64,000 bases of DNA from Candidatus Wirthbacteria bacterium (GCA_903889905.1 CAISZI010000010.1:1464-65463); one strand, 5' to 3'; numbered from the stretch's first letter, positions 35,813-46,375 are shown. The notes: generated from the sequence alone by a model not told the origin. A program made the numbers and translations.

Positions 35813-36817
35813 CTATTCAAATTCATGCGATTTCGGATGATAGGCAGTACAGAATTGACTGGCTTGGTCTGCGTCCAGGGAGAGCAGGAGTGTGATTTTA
35901 CCAAGGCAAGCAGTTGTCCAGTCGTTGTTATGATAAACAGCAGGATGGGTGTCATGGACAAACTGGATAAAATCCTGCATGGCGGGAGCAGGTTCCTGTT
36001 GCTTGATGTCTTGTATCATTTGCGACAATTGGGTTGTTTCCAGAGAAGCGTGCGCATAGGTATTTGCCATTCCCGACAAGGATAAAACAATGTCTGCGCG
36101 CGAACGCAGAGAGGCTTGCGCATAATTCTTGACGAGTTTTTTGGCGACCGGCAATCCTAATTTTGACAGGTAATCACGGTCCAGAGTAACATCGGGATTT
36201 TTGCTGCGGGCGACCATGTCGATCTGACTCTGAGCAGAAAACAGGTTGAGCGTCGGCAGGGTTATTGCCAAAACAGCAATGGCGATAAAGACAATAGTAG
36301 AGGCAAGTTGAACCCGGACCAAGTGTCGACGAAGCGAAGCATCGTTTCGGTTTGTTTTCCAATATTGTAAAAGGAAAAAGATTTCAATCAGCGCAATGAA
36401 AAAAACCAGTACGCACAAAATAAGCGCGACAAGGCGGTTGGAGGTAAAAGCGTACTCCCCCACGCGCATTATCACCAGATAAAACCCTGTCAGGCAAAAC
36501 AAAAGGCTGCCCACCATTTGACCAAACAGAGTGGCAATGGTTAGTGCTTTGACCTTTGGCTGCTGAATGTTCGAAAGCAGGCTCATTTCGAACGCAACAA
36601 GGAATTGCAGGATCAGGCAGGACAACAGATATAAAGCAGCAGTGTTGTTGATTTCGAGTTGGAGCAGGTAGCGAAAAGGAAGTAACAGCAACATACAAAG
36701 CCCCAGTAGCGCTGAGCAAAGCGTGCAATAAAACCAAGCAGGCCATCCTGGTTTTGACTCATCTGTCAGGGTTGCCGGTGGCGCTTTGACAACAGGCTCA
36801 GGCATAACGTTGACCAT
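35813..36817 (-). CDS. Multi-pass membrane protein (weak DUF4153/DUF4173-like)
   Basis: About five TM helices, then NPD..LDRDYLSKLG. Confidence 0.6.
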   Translation of the reverse strand: MVNVMPEPVVKAPPATLTDESKPGWPAWFYCTLCSALLGLCMLLLLPFRYLLQLEINNTAALYLLSCLILQFLVAFEMSLLSNIQQPKVKALTIATLFGQMVGSLLFCLTGFYLVIMRVGEYAFTSNRLVALILCVLVFFIALIEIFFLLQYWKTNRNDASLRRHLVRVQLASTIVFIAIAVLAITLPTLNLFSAQSQIDMVARSKNPDVTLDRDYLSKLGLPVAKKLVKNYAQASLRSRADIVLSLSGMANTYAHASLETTQLSQMIQDIKQQEPAPAMQDFIQFVHDTHPAVYHNNDWTTACLGKITLLLSLDADQASQFCTAYHPKSHEFE

Positions 36818-36999
36818 TTAATGGGTGGAGTGTTTTTGTCTAGCAAAACTATAGCATGAACTTTGTTCGCTTGGGATACTGAAAGAAAGTTGAAGCGGCT
36901 TGGGAATGGCGTTTCTTGACCCGCAGGAGGAGAAAGGGCAAAATGAGTGTGATCTACGCGGCTGGCTTTTGAGGAATCACTTATTATCAGGGATCCCGC

Positions 37000-37980
37000 A
37001 TGGAACGCCAATTTGGTCTGGACTTCATCCGGGTGACGGAATTTGCAGCACTGGCCGCAGCCCGTACTATGGGCAAAGGTGACGAGGAACTGTCAGACCG
37101 TGTTTCAACCGACACGATTCGGGCTGAGCTTAATAAATTGCCCATTCGTGGTCGTGTGGTGATCGGCGAGGGCGACGACGCTTCCAAGTCCCGCTTGTTT
37201 GTGGGCGAAGAAGTGGGCGACTGGGAAAAAATACGCAATGCTTGGGAAGTAGACATTGCCGTGGATCCGTTGGAAAACAACAAAGCGGTCGCTTTTGGCG
37301 GCAGCAGCGCAGCCGTGGTCCTGGCCGTATCGGAGCGTGGTGGAATCCTGAACGCGCCGGACGTGTATATGGACAAAATTATTGTGGGTCCCACCGCTGT
37401 GGGCAAAGTGGATATCAATGCCACGCCCACAGCGAATGTGCAGGCGATTGCCAAGGCGTTTGGCCGCGACCCAGATGACATTCTGATCGCGATTCTGGAT
37501 CGGGAGCGCAACCAGCCCTTGATTAATGAAGTCAAAACAGCGGGCGCGCGCATTCAACTGATTCGTGACGGTGATTTGACGCTCGGCATTGCTGCTGCGA
37601 TCCGTGGCACGGGCATGCACGCCGTGATGGGCATTGGCGGTGCACCCGAAGGCGTACTTGCGGCAGCAGCCTTGCGCTGCCTGGGCGGTGAAATTCAGGC
37701 CAAGTTCATGGCGCTCAATCCGGAGCACGAAAAACGCCTCAGGCAGTGGGGCATTACGGATTTGACTCGGGTTTACAAAACCAAAGACCTGGTGAGCGGC
37801 GAGCAAATTGTCTTTGCTGCCACGGCGGTGACGCGCGGTGATCTGCTCAAAGGTGTCCGCTTTTTCAGCGGCGGCGCCCGTACCGAATCGCTGTTCATGG
37901 GTTACCAGAATCGTAAAATTCGGTTTATAGATACGGTCCACGTGTTTGAACCGGATGTGATGCCAGTGCTGGTAAGATAG
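37000..37980 (+). CDS. glpX: Class II fructose-1,6-bisphosphatase GlpX (atypical active site)
   Basis: RVTEFAALAA, VVIGEG, DIAVDPLE, YMDK, DGD, GIGGAPEGV, FAATAVT.G.LL.GV. Confidence 0.9.
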   Translation: MERQFGLDFIRVTEFAALAAARTMGKGDEELSDRVSTDTIRAELNKLPIRGRVVIGEGDDASKSRLFVGEEVGDWEKIRNAWEVDIAVDPLENNKAVAFGGSSAAVVLAVSERGGILNAPDVYMDKIIVGPTAVGKVDINATPTANVQAIAKAFGRDPDDILIAILDRERNQPLINEVKTAGARIQLIRDGDLTLGIAAAIRGTGMHAVMGIGGAPEGVLAAAALRCLGGEIQAKFMALNPEHEKRLRQWGITDLTRVYKTKDLVSGEQIVFAATAVTRGDLLKGVRFFSGGARTESLFMGYQNRKIRFIDTVHVFEPDVMPVLVR

Positions 37981-38002
37981 AAAGTTTAGGTAAGTGTTTT
38001 CG

Positions 38003-38068
38003 TGTCATCCTGAACTTGATTCAGGATCTAATTCCACGACGAGATGCCGAATTAAGTTTGGCATGACA
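38003..38068. repeat. GTCAT...ATGAC double-hairpin element
   Basis: TGTCATCCTGAACTTGATTCAGGATCT...AGATGCCGAATTAAGTTTGGCATGACA. Confidence 0.8.
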
Positions 38069-38088
38069 CCATAGAAAATGAGGTCCTG

Positions 38089-39246
38089 ATGATTTCCCAA
38101 CTCGCGCAACACATCTCTGCCAGTGCCACGGTGGCTTTGGATACCAAGGCCAAACAGCTCAAGGCAAGTGGCAAGCCTGTGATTTCTTTTGGCATTGGCC
38201 AGCCGGATTTCCCGACGCCAGACAACGTGAAGCAGGCGGCAATCGTGGCGCTGGGCCAAAACTTGACCGGTTACACGCCGACGCTGGGCGTGCCAGAATT
38301 GAGGGAAGCCATTGCCGCCAAACTGAAGCGGGAAAATGGTTTGGATTACAGCAAGGCAAACATTGCTGTCGGCAGTGGTGCCAAAGGCGTTTTGTACGAA
38401 CTTTTTCTGGCGCTGTTGGATCCGGGCGACGAAGTTTTGATTTTAAAACCCTACTGGGTGAGCTATACCGAACAGATTGCCATGGCGGGTGGGAGATCCG
38501 TGCTGGTGGGTTGCGATCCCTATACCTTTGCGCCGGATTTAGCCGAACTGGAAACCAGGATCACGCCGCGGTCCAAACTGATTGTGGTGAATTCGCCCAA
38601 CAATCCATCGGGTGTGGTTTATTCCCGTTCGCAGTTGGAAGAAATTGCCCAAATCGCGAAACAGCACAAGTTGTTGATCATCTCCGACGAAGTTTATGAG
38701 CACTTTTATTACAGTGGCGACAATCGTTCAATTGCTTCCCTGGGGGAGGACGCGTTTGCCCGCACCATTGTGGTCAATGCCGTTTCCAAAACGTACTCCA
38801 TGACCGGCTGGCGGCTCGGTTACTGCGCCGTGCCTGACAGTGAAATTGTCGGTGCATTGGATCGGTTGCAGGGTAATAACCAAGGCAATCCGACCTCGAT
38901 CGCCCAATATGCGGCGGCGGCGGCGCTTACGGGAGAGCAGTCGTCGGTGACGGTGATGCGCGATGCTTTTTTGCGCCGGCGTGATTTGATGCTGAGTTAC
39001 TTCGGGAAAATACCACAGTTTGAATGCCTGCCGCCACCGGGCGCGTTTTATTGTTTTCCGCGGGTCATGATGGAAGGTTGCGACAGCATGCAGCTGGCGG
39101 AGCAGATCCTGGAAGAAACATTCGTCGCGGTGGTGCCGGGGAAACCGTTTGGGATGGAAGGATATTTGCGGTTCAGCTATGCGACACCGGAAGACAAGAT
39201 TCGAGAGGGGATGGAGCGGGTGGTGAAGTGGTTTAAAGACAAGTGA
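38089..39246 (+). CDS. PLP-dependent aminotransferase, class I/II (AspC-like)
   Basis: GQPDFPTP, NSPNNPSG, SDEVY, SKTYSMTGWRLGY, YLRFSYA. Confidence 0.93.
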   Translation: MISQLAQHISASATVALDTKAKQLKASGKPVISFGIGQPDFPTPDNVKQAAIVALGQNLTGYTPTLGVPELREAIAAKLKRENGLDYSKANIAVGSGAKGVLYELFLALLDPGDEVLILKPYWVSYTEQIAMAGGRSVLVGCDPYTFAPDLAELETRITPRSKLIVVNSPNNPSGVVYSRSQLEEIAQIAKQHKLLIISDEVYEHFYYSGDNRSIASLGEDAFARTIVVNAVSKTYSMTGWRLGYCAVPDSEIVGALDRLQGNNQGNPTSIAQYAAAAALTGEQSSVTVMRDAFLRRRDLMLSYFGKIPQFECLPPPGAFYCFPRVMMEGCDSMQLAEQILEETFVAVVPGKPFGMEGYLRFSYATPEDKIREGMERVVKWFKDK

Positions 39247-39256
39247 TTATGCGAAA

Positions 39257-39328
39257 GCCCCCTGCCCCCCCTTTACAAGGGGGTAAGAAAGACAGTCATT
39301 GCGAGGAGGCTTGGCGACGTGCAATCTC
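39257..39328. repeat. Adjacent C/G-run element and GTCATTGCGAG element
   Basis: GCCCCCTGCCCCCCCTTTACAAGGGGG followed by GTCATTGCGAGG...GCAATCTC. Confidence 0.65.
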
Positions 39329-39347
39329 TCTTTGATTGAGGTTATAC

Positions 39348-40193
39348 ATGGAAAGTGGTCAGATCTTTTCTTTTTTCCGCACTATGATCCGTGAGGCTGA
39401 GCAAGAGCTTTTGTCTTTCACTCTTCATTCGCCATTCAGTAAAGAACAAAAAGCCGACAAGACTCTTGTCACCGCGTGCGACAAGCATATTGATGCCAGG
39501 TTGTCGGTAATGGCGCGAAACAATGGGTTTCAGGTTGTCTCCGAAGAAGGCGAGCAGGCACAGGCCGTTGTCCGGGCGGGAAATTACCTGACGATTGACC
39601 CGATTGATGGCACACTGGGTTATATTGAATACGTTAACCATGCGCTTGCCGCAGGAAATATCAACAATTTTGCCCACACCGATTTGGGTGCTGCAGCGGA
39701 TTTCTGTTTGCTTTTGGGCATTGTCGAAGCGGGCGATCCACGCTTTGGCGCTTGTTATAACTTTGTCACCAAAGAATTGATTTTGGTTGATGCACAGAAT
39801 CCAGAAGCGCTGATCAGAGAAAACAACATCCGGAATTACACGGGAGAATTCGCGGTCTATGTCGACCAGCGGCCGGGTGGAGCGATTGAAGCAGACATTA
39901 AACAGACAGGTGAAATTACTATTATCAAACAGGCGGCGTTGGGACTTAAGTCGCTTTATACGATTTTAAATCCCCACCAGGCAGCCATTACGAATCATGG
40001 CGTACAAGTGGCGGGATTGTGGGATGTTTTGCCGGCGGCGGTTGCGGCGAGAGCCTTTGGTGGGATGGTTTATGACGACTGGGGAGAGCCGCTGCGCCTG
40101 ACCGATTACGTTATCTTGCCGGGCCGTGGCGCAACGATTGTAAAGGGAGAGAAGTTTGGGTGGGTGGTGGAAAGATTGAGAAAGAAAGATTAA
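39348..40193 (+). CDS. Inositol monophosphatase/CysQ-family phosphatase
   Basis: KADKTLVTACD, VSEE, IDPIDGT, WDVLPA..A..GG. Confidence 0.85.
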   Translation: MESGQIFSFFRTMIREAEQELLSFTLHSPFSKEQKADKTLVTACDKHIDARLSVMARNNGFQVVSEEGEQAQAVVRAGNYLTIDPIDGTLGYIEYVNHALAAGNINNFAHTDLGAAADFCLLLGIVEAGDPRFGACYNFVTKELILVDAQNPEALIRENNIRNYTGEFAVYVDQRPGGAIEADIKQTGEITIIKQAALGLKSLYTILNPHQAAITNHGVQVAGLWDVLPAAVAARAFGGMVYDDWGEPLRLTDYVILPGRGATIVKGEKFGWVVERLRKKD

Positions 40194-40220
40194 TTCTCGT
40201 TGGAATGAGACAAAAAAGAA

Positions 40221-40240
40221 GGGCGTATTGCAATACGCCC
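40221..40240. repeat. Perfect 20-bp palindrome, REP-like
   Basis: GGGCGTATTGCAATACGCCC between convergent genes. Confidence 0.65.
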
Positions 40241-40272
40241 CAACGAAAGAAATCCATTGGTTTTCCTAACCA

Positions 40273-41265
40273 CTACACTTCCACCCACTGTGTCGAGATA
40301 ATATTCTCACTCATCTCGCCGTTGGGGCCTTCGGTCACGGTGAAGTTTTGCTGCAGGACAATGCGTTTGTCCAGGGAGTCGATGAAAGCTAAGTGACGGG
40401 TTTGGATAACCAGATCGCCGTCCTTGAATTCGTAGGTGGTGTTGGCCTGTTCGCGGTAGTAGAGATAGAGGTTCCACATCGCGCTCCAGAGTTCGTCGGA
40501 TGGCTTCACACCATTGAGCTGCAGGTCGAAGTTGACCTCTTCGCGGTTGATAGGGTAGGCGTGCGACTGGTATTCGGAGCTGAGCAGGTTGACGATGGTG
40601 TGGATTTTCTTGGCGTCTTTGATCGGGTTGATGTGGGTTTCCAGGATCTTGCGGCTAATCAGGCGCGCCAGGCGGTAGGATTGTTCGATGGCGCCCAGAG
40701 CCAGCGGGTTGATGTATTCAAACAAGGCGGTATAAATCTCGGCAATGGCTTCGGCGGTGTAGCGGTCCTTGGCTTCGTTGCGCAGGAACGAGATGCAGTG
40801 CTTGAGATCCTGCACTGAAATCGGGATGGGGCTGCCGTCAGGGTCTTTGGGCAAGAGCGGATGCATACGGGTGGGGTCAACCGGGCTGATTTCGGACATT
40901 GGGCCCATGATCATTTCGTCGGCGCCAAGCGCAATGTGGGTCGCGGCGCTGTGGGCGCGATAGGGAATCAGCACGTTGTAGCGCTGGAAATATTCGCGGA
41001 TGATGGAAACGATTTTCCAGGGTGTTTCGGTTGTGCCACCACGGCTGTACATGAACAGATCCAGCGCTTTGGCACTACCTTTGTCCATGGAGTGGATTTG
41101 TTCATAGAGTGGCAACACGCATTCTTCGTTGATGTAAACTTTGTCGCTCATGAAAAAGGTGAGCAGCGGCAGGCGCCGAATCGACTCGATTTTGGCAATC
41201 AGTTCTTCGTTGCCCGGCAGGGGAATTTGGTATGGGGTTGATGTTGGGGTTTCCGGTCTGTCCAT
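40273..41265 (-). CDS. SDH-family / ClpP-crotonase-fold serine protease (SppA-like)
   Basis: LDLFMYSRGG, PYRAHSAATHIALGADEMIMG..SEISPVDP, SHAYPI. Confidence 0.85.
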   Translation of the reverse strand: MDRPETPTSTPYQIPLPGNEELIAKIESIRRLPLLTFFMSDKVYINEECVLPLYEQIHSMDKGSAKALDLFMYSRGGTTETPWKIVSIIREYFQRYNVLIPYRAHSAATHIALGADEMIMGPMSEISPVDPTRMHPLLPKDPDGSPIPISVQDLKHCISFLRNEAKDRYTAEAIAEIYTALFEYINPLALGAIEQSYRLARLISRKILETHINPIKDAKKIHTIVNLLSSEYQSHAYPINREEVNFDLQLNGVKPSDELWSAMWNLYLYYREQANTTYEFKDGDLVIQTRHLAFIDSLDKRIVLQQNFTVTEGPNGEMSENIISTQWVEV

Positions 41266-41425
41266 GGGTGCCTGTTTATTTTGGTCGCATCATTCCTTAA
41301 TAGTTTACCATTGGAGGATAGGAATTGACAATGAAGAACAGTGCAAATAGACGCCCACTTCGCTGAGGGACTTTTGCTTGGCTCAAAACCGCTTTAAGGC
41401 CTTTTGATAGGGGATGACGACAGTC

Positions 41426-41531
41426 GTCATTCTGAACGAAGAATCCTTGCTACAGACAAGGATAGCTAAGTGGTAAGCCAATAATGGAGTGTCGTTAGCA
41501 GTAAGGATGTTTCGGTACCCTCAACATGACA
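41426..41531. repeat. GTCAT...ATGAC palindromic element
   Basis: GTCATTCTGAACGAAGAATCC...GGATGTTTCGG..CTCAACATGACA. Confidence 0.65.
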
Positions 41532-41615
41532 GATGTGTGGTCATTTCTCTTCCCTTGCCTTTTTGCCAATTCCGTTTAGACTTAGGCGCGGTTTGTTTTT
41601 TTATATTGGTTCTTC

Positions 41616-43097
41616 ATGTCGGCAACCAAAACAGTGGCACGGAACACATTGGTGCAGGTGGCGGGGCGGGTGTTGTACCTGGCGCTCTCGCTGCTGACGA
41701 CCAAGCTGCTCACTGGCTACCTCGGAACTGGCGGTTATGGCCAGTACAACATCATTGTTGATTACATGGGGTTCTTTGGGGTGATGGTGGACATGGGGCT
41801 TTACCTGATCGTGATCCAGCATGTGGAACATGCCAAGTCGCAGGCAGACAAGGAAAAAGCAGTGGGAAACATTGTCGGGCTGCGCATCATCAGCGCCGTG
41901 ATTATGTTTGCCGTAGCCTCGGGATTGATCTTCCTCGTACCGTCCTCGTCGTACAGCCTGACACTCAAATATTCGGCTTGCCTCGCGGCGGTCGCTTTTT
42001 TTTGCGTGTCACTGAGCCAGCTCTTTGCCGGGGTTTTTCAGGCTTACCTGCACGCCGAGTGGGCGGCGCTGTCGGAGGTTATTGGTAAAGTTGTGGTCTT
42101 GGCAACCGTGTTTGTCTGCGCCCGGGAGAACCTGGGACTGGAAGCACTTGCCGTATCACTGATCATCGGCAACGGCGCGTCATTTATCTTTTCCTTTGCC
42201 ATGGCCAAGCGTTTCGTGAATTTTAAACTGCACTTTGACTGGGCGTCGTATCGGCAAATTCTCAAAGAAGCAGCGCCGCTGGGACTGGTGCTTGCGCTTT
42301 CCTATGCTTATGTCAAACAGGACACGATCATTTTGTCGCTGCATCCGGGATTAAAAGGCATTTCGCACGACGTGGCCGTAGGTATTTATAAAGTTCCTTA
42401 TCGTCTGCTGGAGGTGATCCAGGGGTTTCCGGCGCTGTTTCTGACCGCGTTGTTTCCGTTCATGAACAAATACATTGTGGGCAAAGACAGCCGGTTGTTT
42501 TCGATGTACCAGAAAGCGTTTGATTTCCTGGTCGCGCTGGCCTTGCCGATGATCGTGGGTGTCGTCGTTTTGGCGCATGCGTTGATCCCGTTTATCACCA
42601 AAAGCGGCACACAGTGGACGCCGGCGGTGCTGACCATGCAGATCCTGATCTTTTCGGTGGCGTTTGCCTTTATTGACAATTATGCCGGGTTTATCATCAT
42701 TTCCCAAAAAAAACAGAAATACCTGATTGGCCCCAACATCATGTACCTGGTGTTTAATCTGGTGCTGAACATTATCGTCATCCCGTTTTGGTCCTACAAT
42801 GGTGCGGCGATCGTGACGGTGTGGACGGAAATGCTGGTTTGTGCCACCAATTTCATCATCATCTACAAATTGATGCACTGGTACCCGAAACTACATGCGC
42901 TGGTCAAAATCTGCGGAGCCACTGCCGTGATGGGCGTGGTGGTCTATGCCTTGGATCGGATTGGATTGTATTTCCTGCTGAATGGCGCGCTCTCGATGGC
43001 GGTGTACTTCGTGGTGCTGTCAGCGCTTGGCGGTTTGCCTGAAGGCATAACCGCACGCGCTCTGTTGGCGAAACTGGTAAATAAATCCACGGTTTAA
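41616..43097 (+). CDS. Wzx-like polysaccharide flippase
   Basis: VARNTL..YLG..GYGQY..DMGL, DTIILS..VGIY, IP.WSYNGAAI; many TM helices. Confidence 0.9.
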   Translation: MSATKTVARNTLVQVAGRVLYLALSLLTTKLLTGYLGTGGYGQYNIIVDYMGFFGVMVDMGLYLIVIQHVEHAKSQADKEKAVGNIVGLRIISAVIMFAVASGLIFLVPSSSYSLTLKYSACLAAVAFFCVSLSQLFAGVFQAYLHAEWAALSEVIGKVVVLATVFVCARENLGLEALAVSLIIGNGASFIFSFAMAKRFVNFKLHFDWASYRQILKEAAPLGLVLALSYAYVKQDTIILSLHPGLKGISHDVAVGIYKVPYRLLEVIQGFPALFLTALFPFMNKYIVGKDSRLFSMYQKAFDFLVALALPMIVGVVVLAHALIPFITKSGTQWTPAVLTMQILIFSVAFAFIDNYAGFIIISQKKQKYLIGPNIMYLVFNLVLNIIVIPFWSYNGAAIVTVWTEMLVCATNFIIIYKLMHWYPKLHALVKICGATAVMGVVVYALDRIGLYFLLNGALSMAVYFVVLSALGGLPEGITARALLAKLVNKSTV

Positions 43098-43101
43098 AGG
43101 A

Positions 43102-44262
43102 ATGCCCATGCATATTGTCTTTGACGCGCGTTGGATCCGTGACCGCAAACTGGATGGCATCGGGCGGTACACATTGGAATTATTGCAACAATTTGTGCTG
43201 CTGGGCAAAGACCATCACTGGACGGTATTGGTTGACCAACAAGACACAGCCGTGTGGTTACATTCCCGCTTGGGCAAGTCGTCCGCAAGCTTGCAGTTTC
43301 AGGTGATGGAAACGTCTATTTTGCACCTCAAAGACATCTGCAAATTGCGCCAGGTTATTACCAAATTAAAACCAGATGTTGTCTTGACACCACACTATCT
43401 TAGCTACCCTTTTGTGCGAGGCGTTCCAGTCGTGATGGTAATCCATGATCTGATTCCCTATTTGCGACCCGAACTGCGCAAGACGCTCAAATGGAAACTG
43501 TTTTATCGTTTTAAGTTTCAGTTGCGTTATGTCTTCAACAAGGCGGCTCAGCTTGTGGTGGATTCCGATGCCACTCGTCATGATGTAAAAAGACTGTTCG
43601 GTATTAATGAGGACAAGATTGCGCGAGTCTATGCCGGCGTGAATGACCGTTTTTTTGAGGCAGTGGATGTGATGGAACGTCGGGCCGTCAAACTTAAATA
43701 TCATTTGCCTGAGCGTTATATCCTGTGTGTTTCCCGCCAGCAAGCTTACAAAAACCTGCTTGGCCTGGCCAAAGCATATGATCTGCTGCCGCCACAGATC
43801 AAGGAGCGATACAAGCTGGTTTTGACGGGTGAAAGGCATCGTCTATACAACGATGACTTGATGGAAAAATTGGCCCCGCTTTTGGCCAAAGGACAATTGA
43901 TGTTTACCGGGTACCTGGATGACGCCGATTTGCCCGGATTGTATCAGGATGCTTCTGTTTTTTGTCTACCGTCTTTGTCTGAAGGCTTTGGGTTGCCCGT
44001 GTTGGAAGCAATGGCGAGTGGGACACCCGTTGCCTGCTCCCGCGTTGCTTCATTACCCGAAGTGGGCGGAGCGGCGGCTGCCTATTTTGATCCGATGGAC
44101 GTGCAGGATATGCGTGACAAGCTCCTGGAATTGATCGAAGAAGGCAAGAATGCGGTGCGCGTTGAGGCGGGGAGAGAGCAGGCACGGCAATTTAGGTGGG
44201 AAACAACGGCCGGGGAGGTCTTAAAGCTACTGGAAAAAGTGGTGGCTGGGGCGGAAGGCTAA
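43102..44262 (+). CDS. GT4-family glycosyltransferase
   Basis: GIGRYT, IHDLIP, YKNL, PSLSEGFGLPVLEAMASGTPV. Confidence 0.92.
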   Translation: MPMHIVFDARWIRDRKLDGIGRYTLELLQQFVLLGKDHHWTVLVDQQDTAVWLHSRLGKSSASLQFQVMETSILHLKDICKLRQVITKLKPDVVLTPHYLSYPFVRGVPVVMVIHDLIPYLRPELRKTLKWKLFYRFKFQLRYVFNKAAQLVVDSDATRHDVKRLFGINEDKIARVYAGVNDRFFEAVDVMERRAVKLKYHLPERYILCVSRQQAYKNLLGLAKAYDLLPPQIKERYKLVLTGERHRLYNDDLMEKLAPLLAKGQLMFTGYLDDADLPGLYQDASVFCLPSLSEGFGLPVLEAMASGTPVACSRVASLPEVGGAAAAYFDPMDVQDMRDKLLELIEEGKNAVRVEAGREQARQFRWETTAGEVLKLLEKVVAGAEG

Positions 44263-45377
44263 TTTTTGGGCAGTAGATCCTGGTAGATGTTGATCATGTT
44301 TTGGATAAAGCATTGCTGACGGAAATGATCGATTACCCGTGCTCTGCCTGCCAGACCGAAGCGCAGTCTTTGTTCTGGATTCAGGACAAGTTGCAACAGC
44401 GCTACCGCTAGTGCGTTTGGGTTGTTGGGCTCAACCAGCAATCCTGATTGATCTTGAACAACAATTTCCTCCGGCCCGCCACTTCGGGCCGCGACAACGG
44501 GCAGTCCGCAGGCCATGGCTTCGATCAAGGTCAGGCCAAAGGGTTCGTGCGTGGCTGCCGAGACCAGGATGTCGTGCGTTTGATAAACGGCTTTGATGTC
44601 TGGGGTAGGAGGAGCGAGGGTTACGTGCCGCTGCAGTTGCTTGCTTGCGGCAATCTGGGCGCGGATTTGTTGTTCGTACGCTGCAGTCTCGTTATCAAAG
44701 CGACTACCTATCAGCGTGAGCTTGACGTCGAGTTGTTGTTGGAGAAGAGTCTCCATGGCTGCCAGGAGAAGATGAAAACCCTTGCTCGGGTTGAAACGAC
44801 CAATACAGAGCAACCGAATTGCGGTTCCTTTTTGCTCTGGTTGTGGCGTGGGTTGAAAATAGTCGGTGTCCACACCGGGATGGGTGAGAATGGATTGTGC
44901 TGGCGGAAAATTTTGAAAAAGCCTGTGGACAGCGTCAGACACGCAAATAAATCTAGCGACGAGGTGGCGCAACAACAGTTTTGTCGGGAAACGATTGGGG
45001 GTGTACCAGGTGCCATGCACCATCCAGACGACCCTGGCTTTTGTCCCCATGGCTGCCAGTCCGGCAAGCAGTGCCGGCCTGAAGTCGTTGGCGTGGATCA
45101 GGGCGACGTGCTCTCTCTGGATCATGTGGCGCAGGGTAAAGACAGTTGTGATGAGCTTGGTGAGTTTGTCGATGGGGCCGTGCCAGAGAAAATCCACCAG
45201 ACGGACGTCCACACCTTTGTCTCTCAACGTTTGGGGGAGAATACCCTCGTGCGGCAAAACCACGATGGCTTTGAACTGGTCGGCTGGTAATCCCAAGATA
45301 ATGTCACGCAAGAGAATTTCACCCCCGCTGAGGTCGGTGATGTCGTGGAGAAAGAGGATACGGGAAGGAATGGGCAT
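44259..45377 (-). CDS. GT4-family glycosyltransferase
   Basis: SGGE, GRFNPSKG, EPFGLTLIEAMACGLPVV. Confidence 0.92.
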   Translation of the reverse strand: MPIPSRILFLHDITDLSGGEILLRDIILGLPADQFKAIVVLPHEGILPQTLRDKGVDVRLVDFLWHGPIDKLTKLITTVFTLRHMIQREHVALIHANDFRPALLAGLAAMGTKARVVWMVHGTWYTPNRFPTKLLLRHLVARFICVSDAVHRLFQNFPPAQSILTHPGVDTDYFQPTPQPEQKGTAIRLLCIGRFNPSKGFHLLLAAMETLLQQQLDVKLTLIGSRFDNETAAYEQQIRAQIAASKQLQRHVTLAPPTPDIKAVYQTHDILVSAATHEPFGLTLIEAMACGLPVVAARSGGPEEIVVQDQSGLLVEPNNPNALAVALLQLVLNPEQRLRFGLAGRARVIDHFRQQCFIQNMINIYQDLLPKN

Positions 45378-45384
45378 AGACGGG

Positions 45385-45510
45385 AAATACTAATAACAAA
45401 GGTTTTAAATACTAATCACTAAATCCTAATCACCAAACGGGGGAACGCAGCAGATTAGGTAAAATCCGTGTTTGGAGGTTCGAATTTAGAATTTAGTGTT
45501 TATTGTTTGT
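45385..45510. repeat. Inverted arrays of degenerate heptamers
   Basis: AAATACT-AATCACT-AAATCCT-AATCACC facing GTGTTTG..GAATTTA-GAATTTA-GTGTTTA. Confidence 0.5.
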
Positions 45511-46258
45511 TCTTATTTTTTTGGAATCTCTGTCTTACGACTTCAAACATCCCTACCGCCCCCGCCACCGACGCATTGAGCGATTCGAGCTTGCCGGGCA
45601 TGGGAATTTCGGCGAGGCGATCGCAGCGCTTTTGGGTGAGCTGCGCAATGCCCGGGCCTTCACTGCCGATGACGATCGCGGTGGGGCCGGTAAAGTCGAC
45701 GTCATATATCGTGGTATTGTCGCCGGTTTCGAGGCCGACGATCTGGATCCATTTCTCTTTGAGCTGATCAATGGCTTTGTTGATGTTGGTGACCAGCGCA
45801 ATTGGGACAAGTTCCGTGGCGCCAGCAGCGGTTTTGACCACGGCCGGAGTGACCAGGCAGGCGCGATCTTTGGGAATAATGACACCATCAGCACCCGCGA
45901 GCTCGGCCGTGCGGATCAGTGCGCCAATGTTCTGGGGATCCTGTAAGTGATCCAGAATCAGAAAGAGCACGTTTTTGCCGTCGGTTTTGGCGAGCAGGTC
46001 GTCGAGTTCGGTGTAGGGAAAATCTCCAGCCACGGCCACCACGCCCTGGTGCGGTTTGCCGCTCTGGCTGAATTTGCGTTCAAGTTCGAGCTTGTCCATA
46101 AATTTGATCGGGAGCCGGCGCTTTTGGGCCTGCTGGTAGATTTGGTCGAGGATCTCGGCCTGCGGCAGGTCTTTTTGGATGGCCACAGATTCGAACTGAC
46201 GCTTGGGATTACAGAGGGCGCGGTAGACAGGGTGGCGGCCGTAGAGGAAGTCAGACAT
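45500..46258 (-). CDS. rlmB: 23S rRNA (Gm2251) methyltransferase RlmB
   Basis: YGRHPV, HQGVVA, LDHLQDPQNIGALIRTA, IGSEGPG, ESLNASVA. Confidence 0.93.
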   Translation of the reverse strand: MSDFLYGRHPVYRALCNPKRQFESVAIQKDLPQAEILDQIYQQAQKRRLPIKFMDKLELERKFSQSGKPHQGVVAVAGDFPYTELDDLLAKTDGKNVLFLILDHLQDPQNIGALIRTAELAGADGVIIPKDRACLVTPAVVKTAAGATELVPIALVTNINKAIDQLKEKWIQIVGLETGDNTTIYDVDFTGPTAIVIGSEGPGIAQLTQKRCDRLAEIPMPGKLESLNASVAGAVGMFEVVRQRFQKNKNKQ

Positions 46259-46299
46259 ACTTTTAGTTCCTAAAGTTTATAAAGAGGATTAAAGGGGAG

Positions 46300-46375
46300 A
46301 ATCCCCCTACCCCCTTTGCAAGGGGGAAAGAAATAAAGATTTCATACCCCCTTGTAAAGGGGGCGCAGGGGGATT
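46300..46375. repeat. Inverted pair of C/G-run elements
   Basis: AATCCCCCTACCCCCTTTGCAAGGGGG ... CCCCCTTGTAAAGGGGGCGCAGGGGGATT; the second is nearly the reverse complement of the 39257 copy. Confidence 0.75.
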
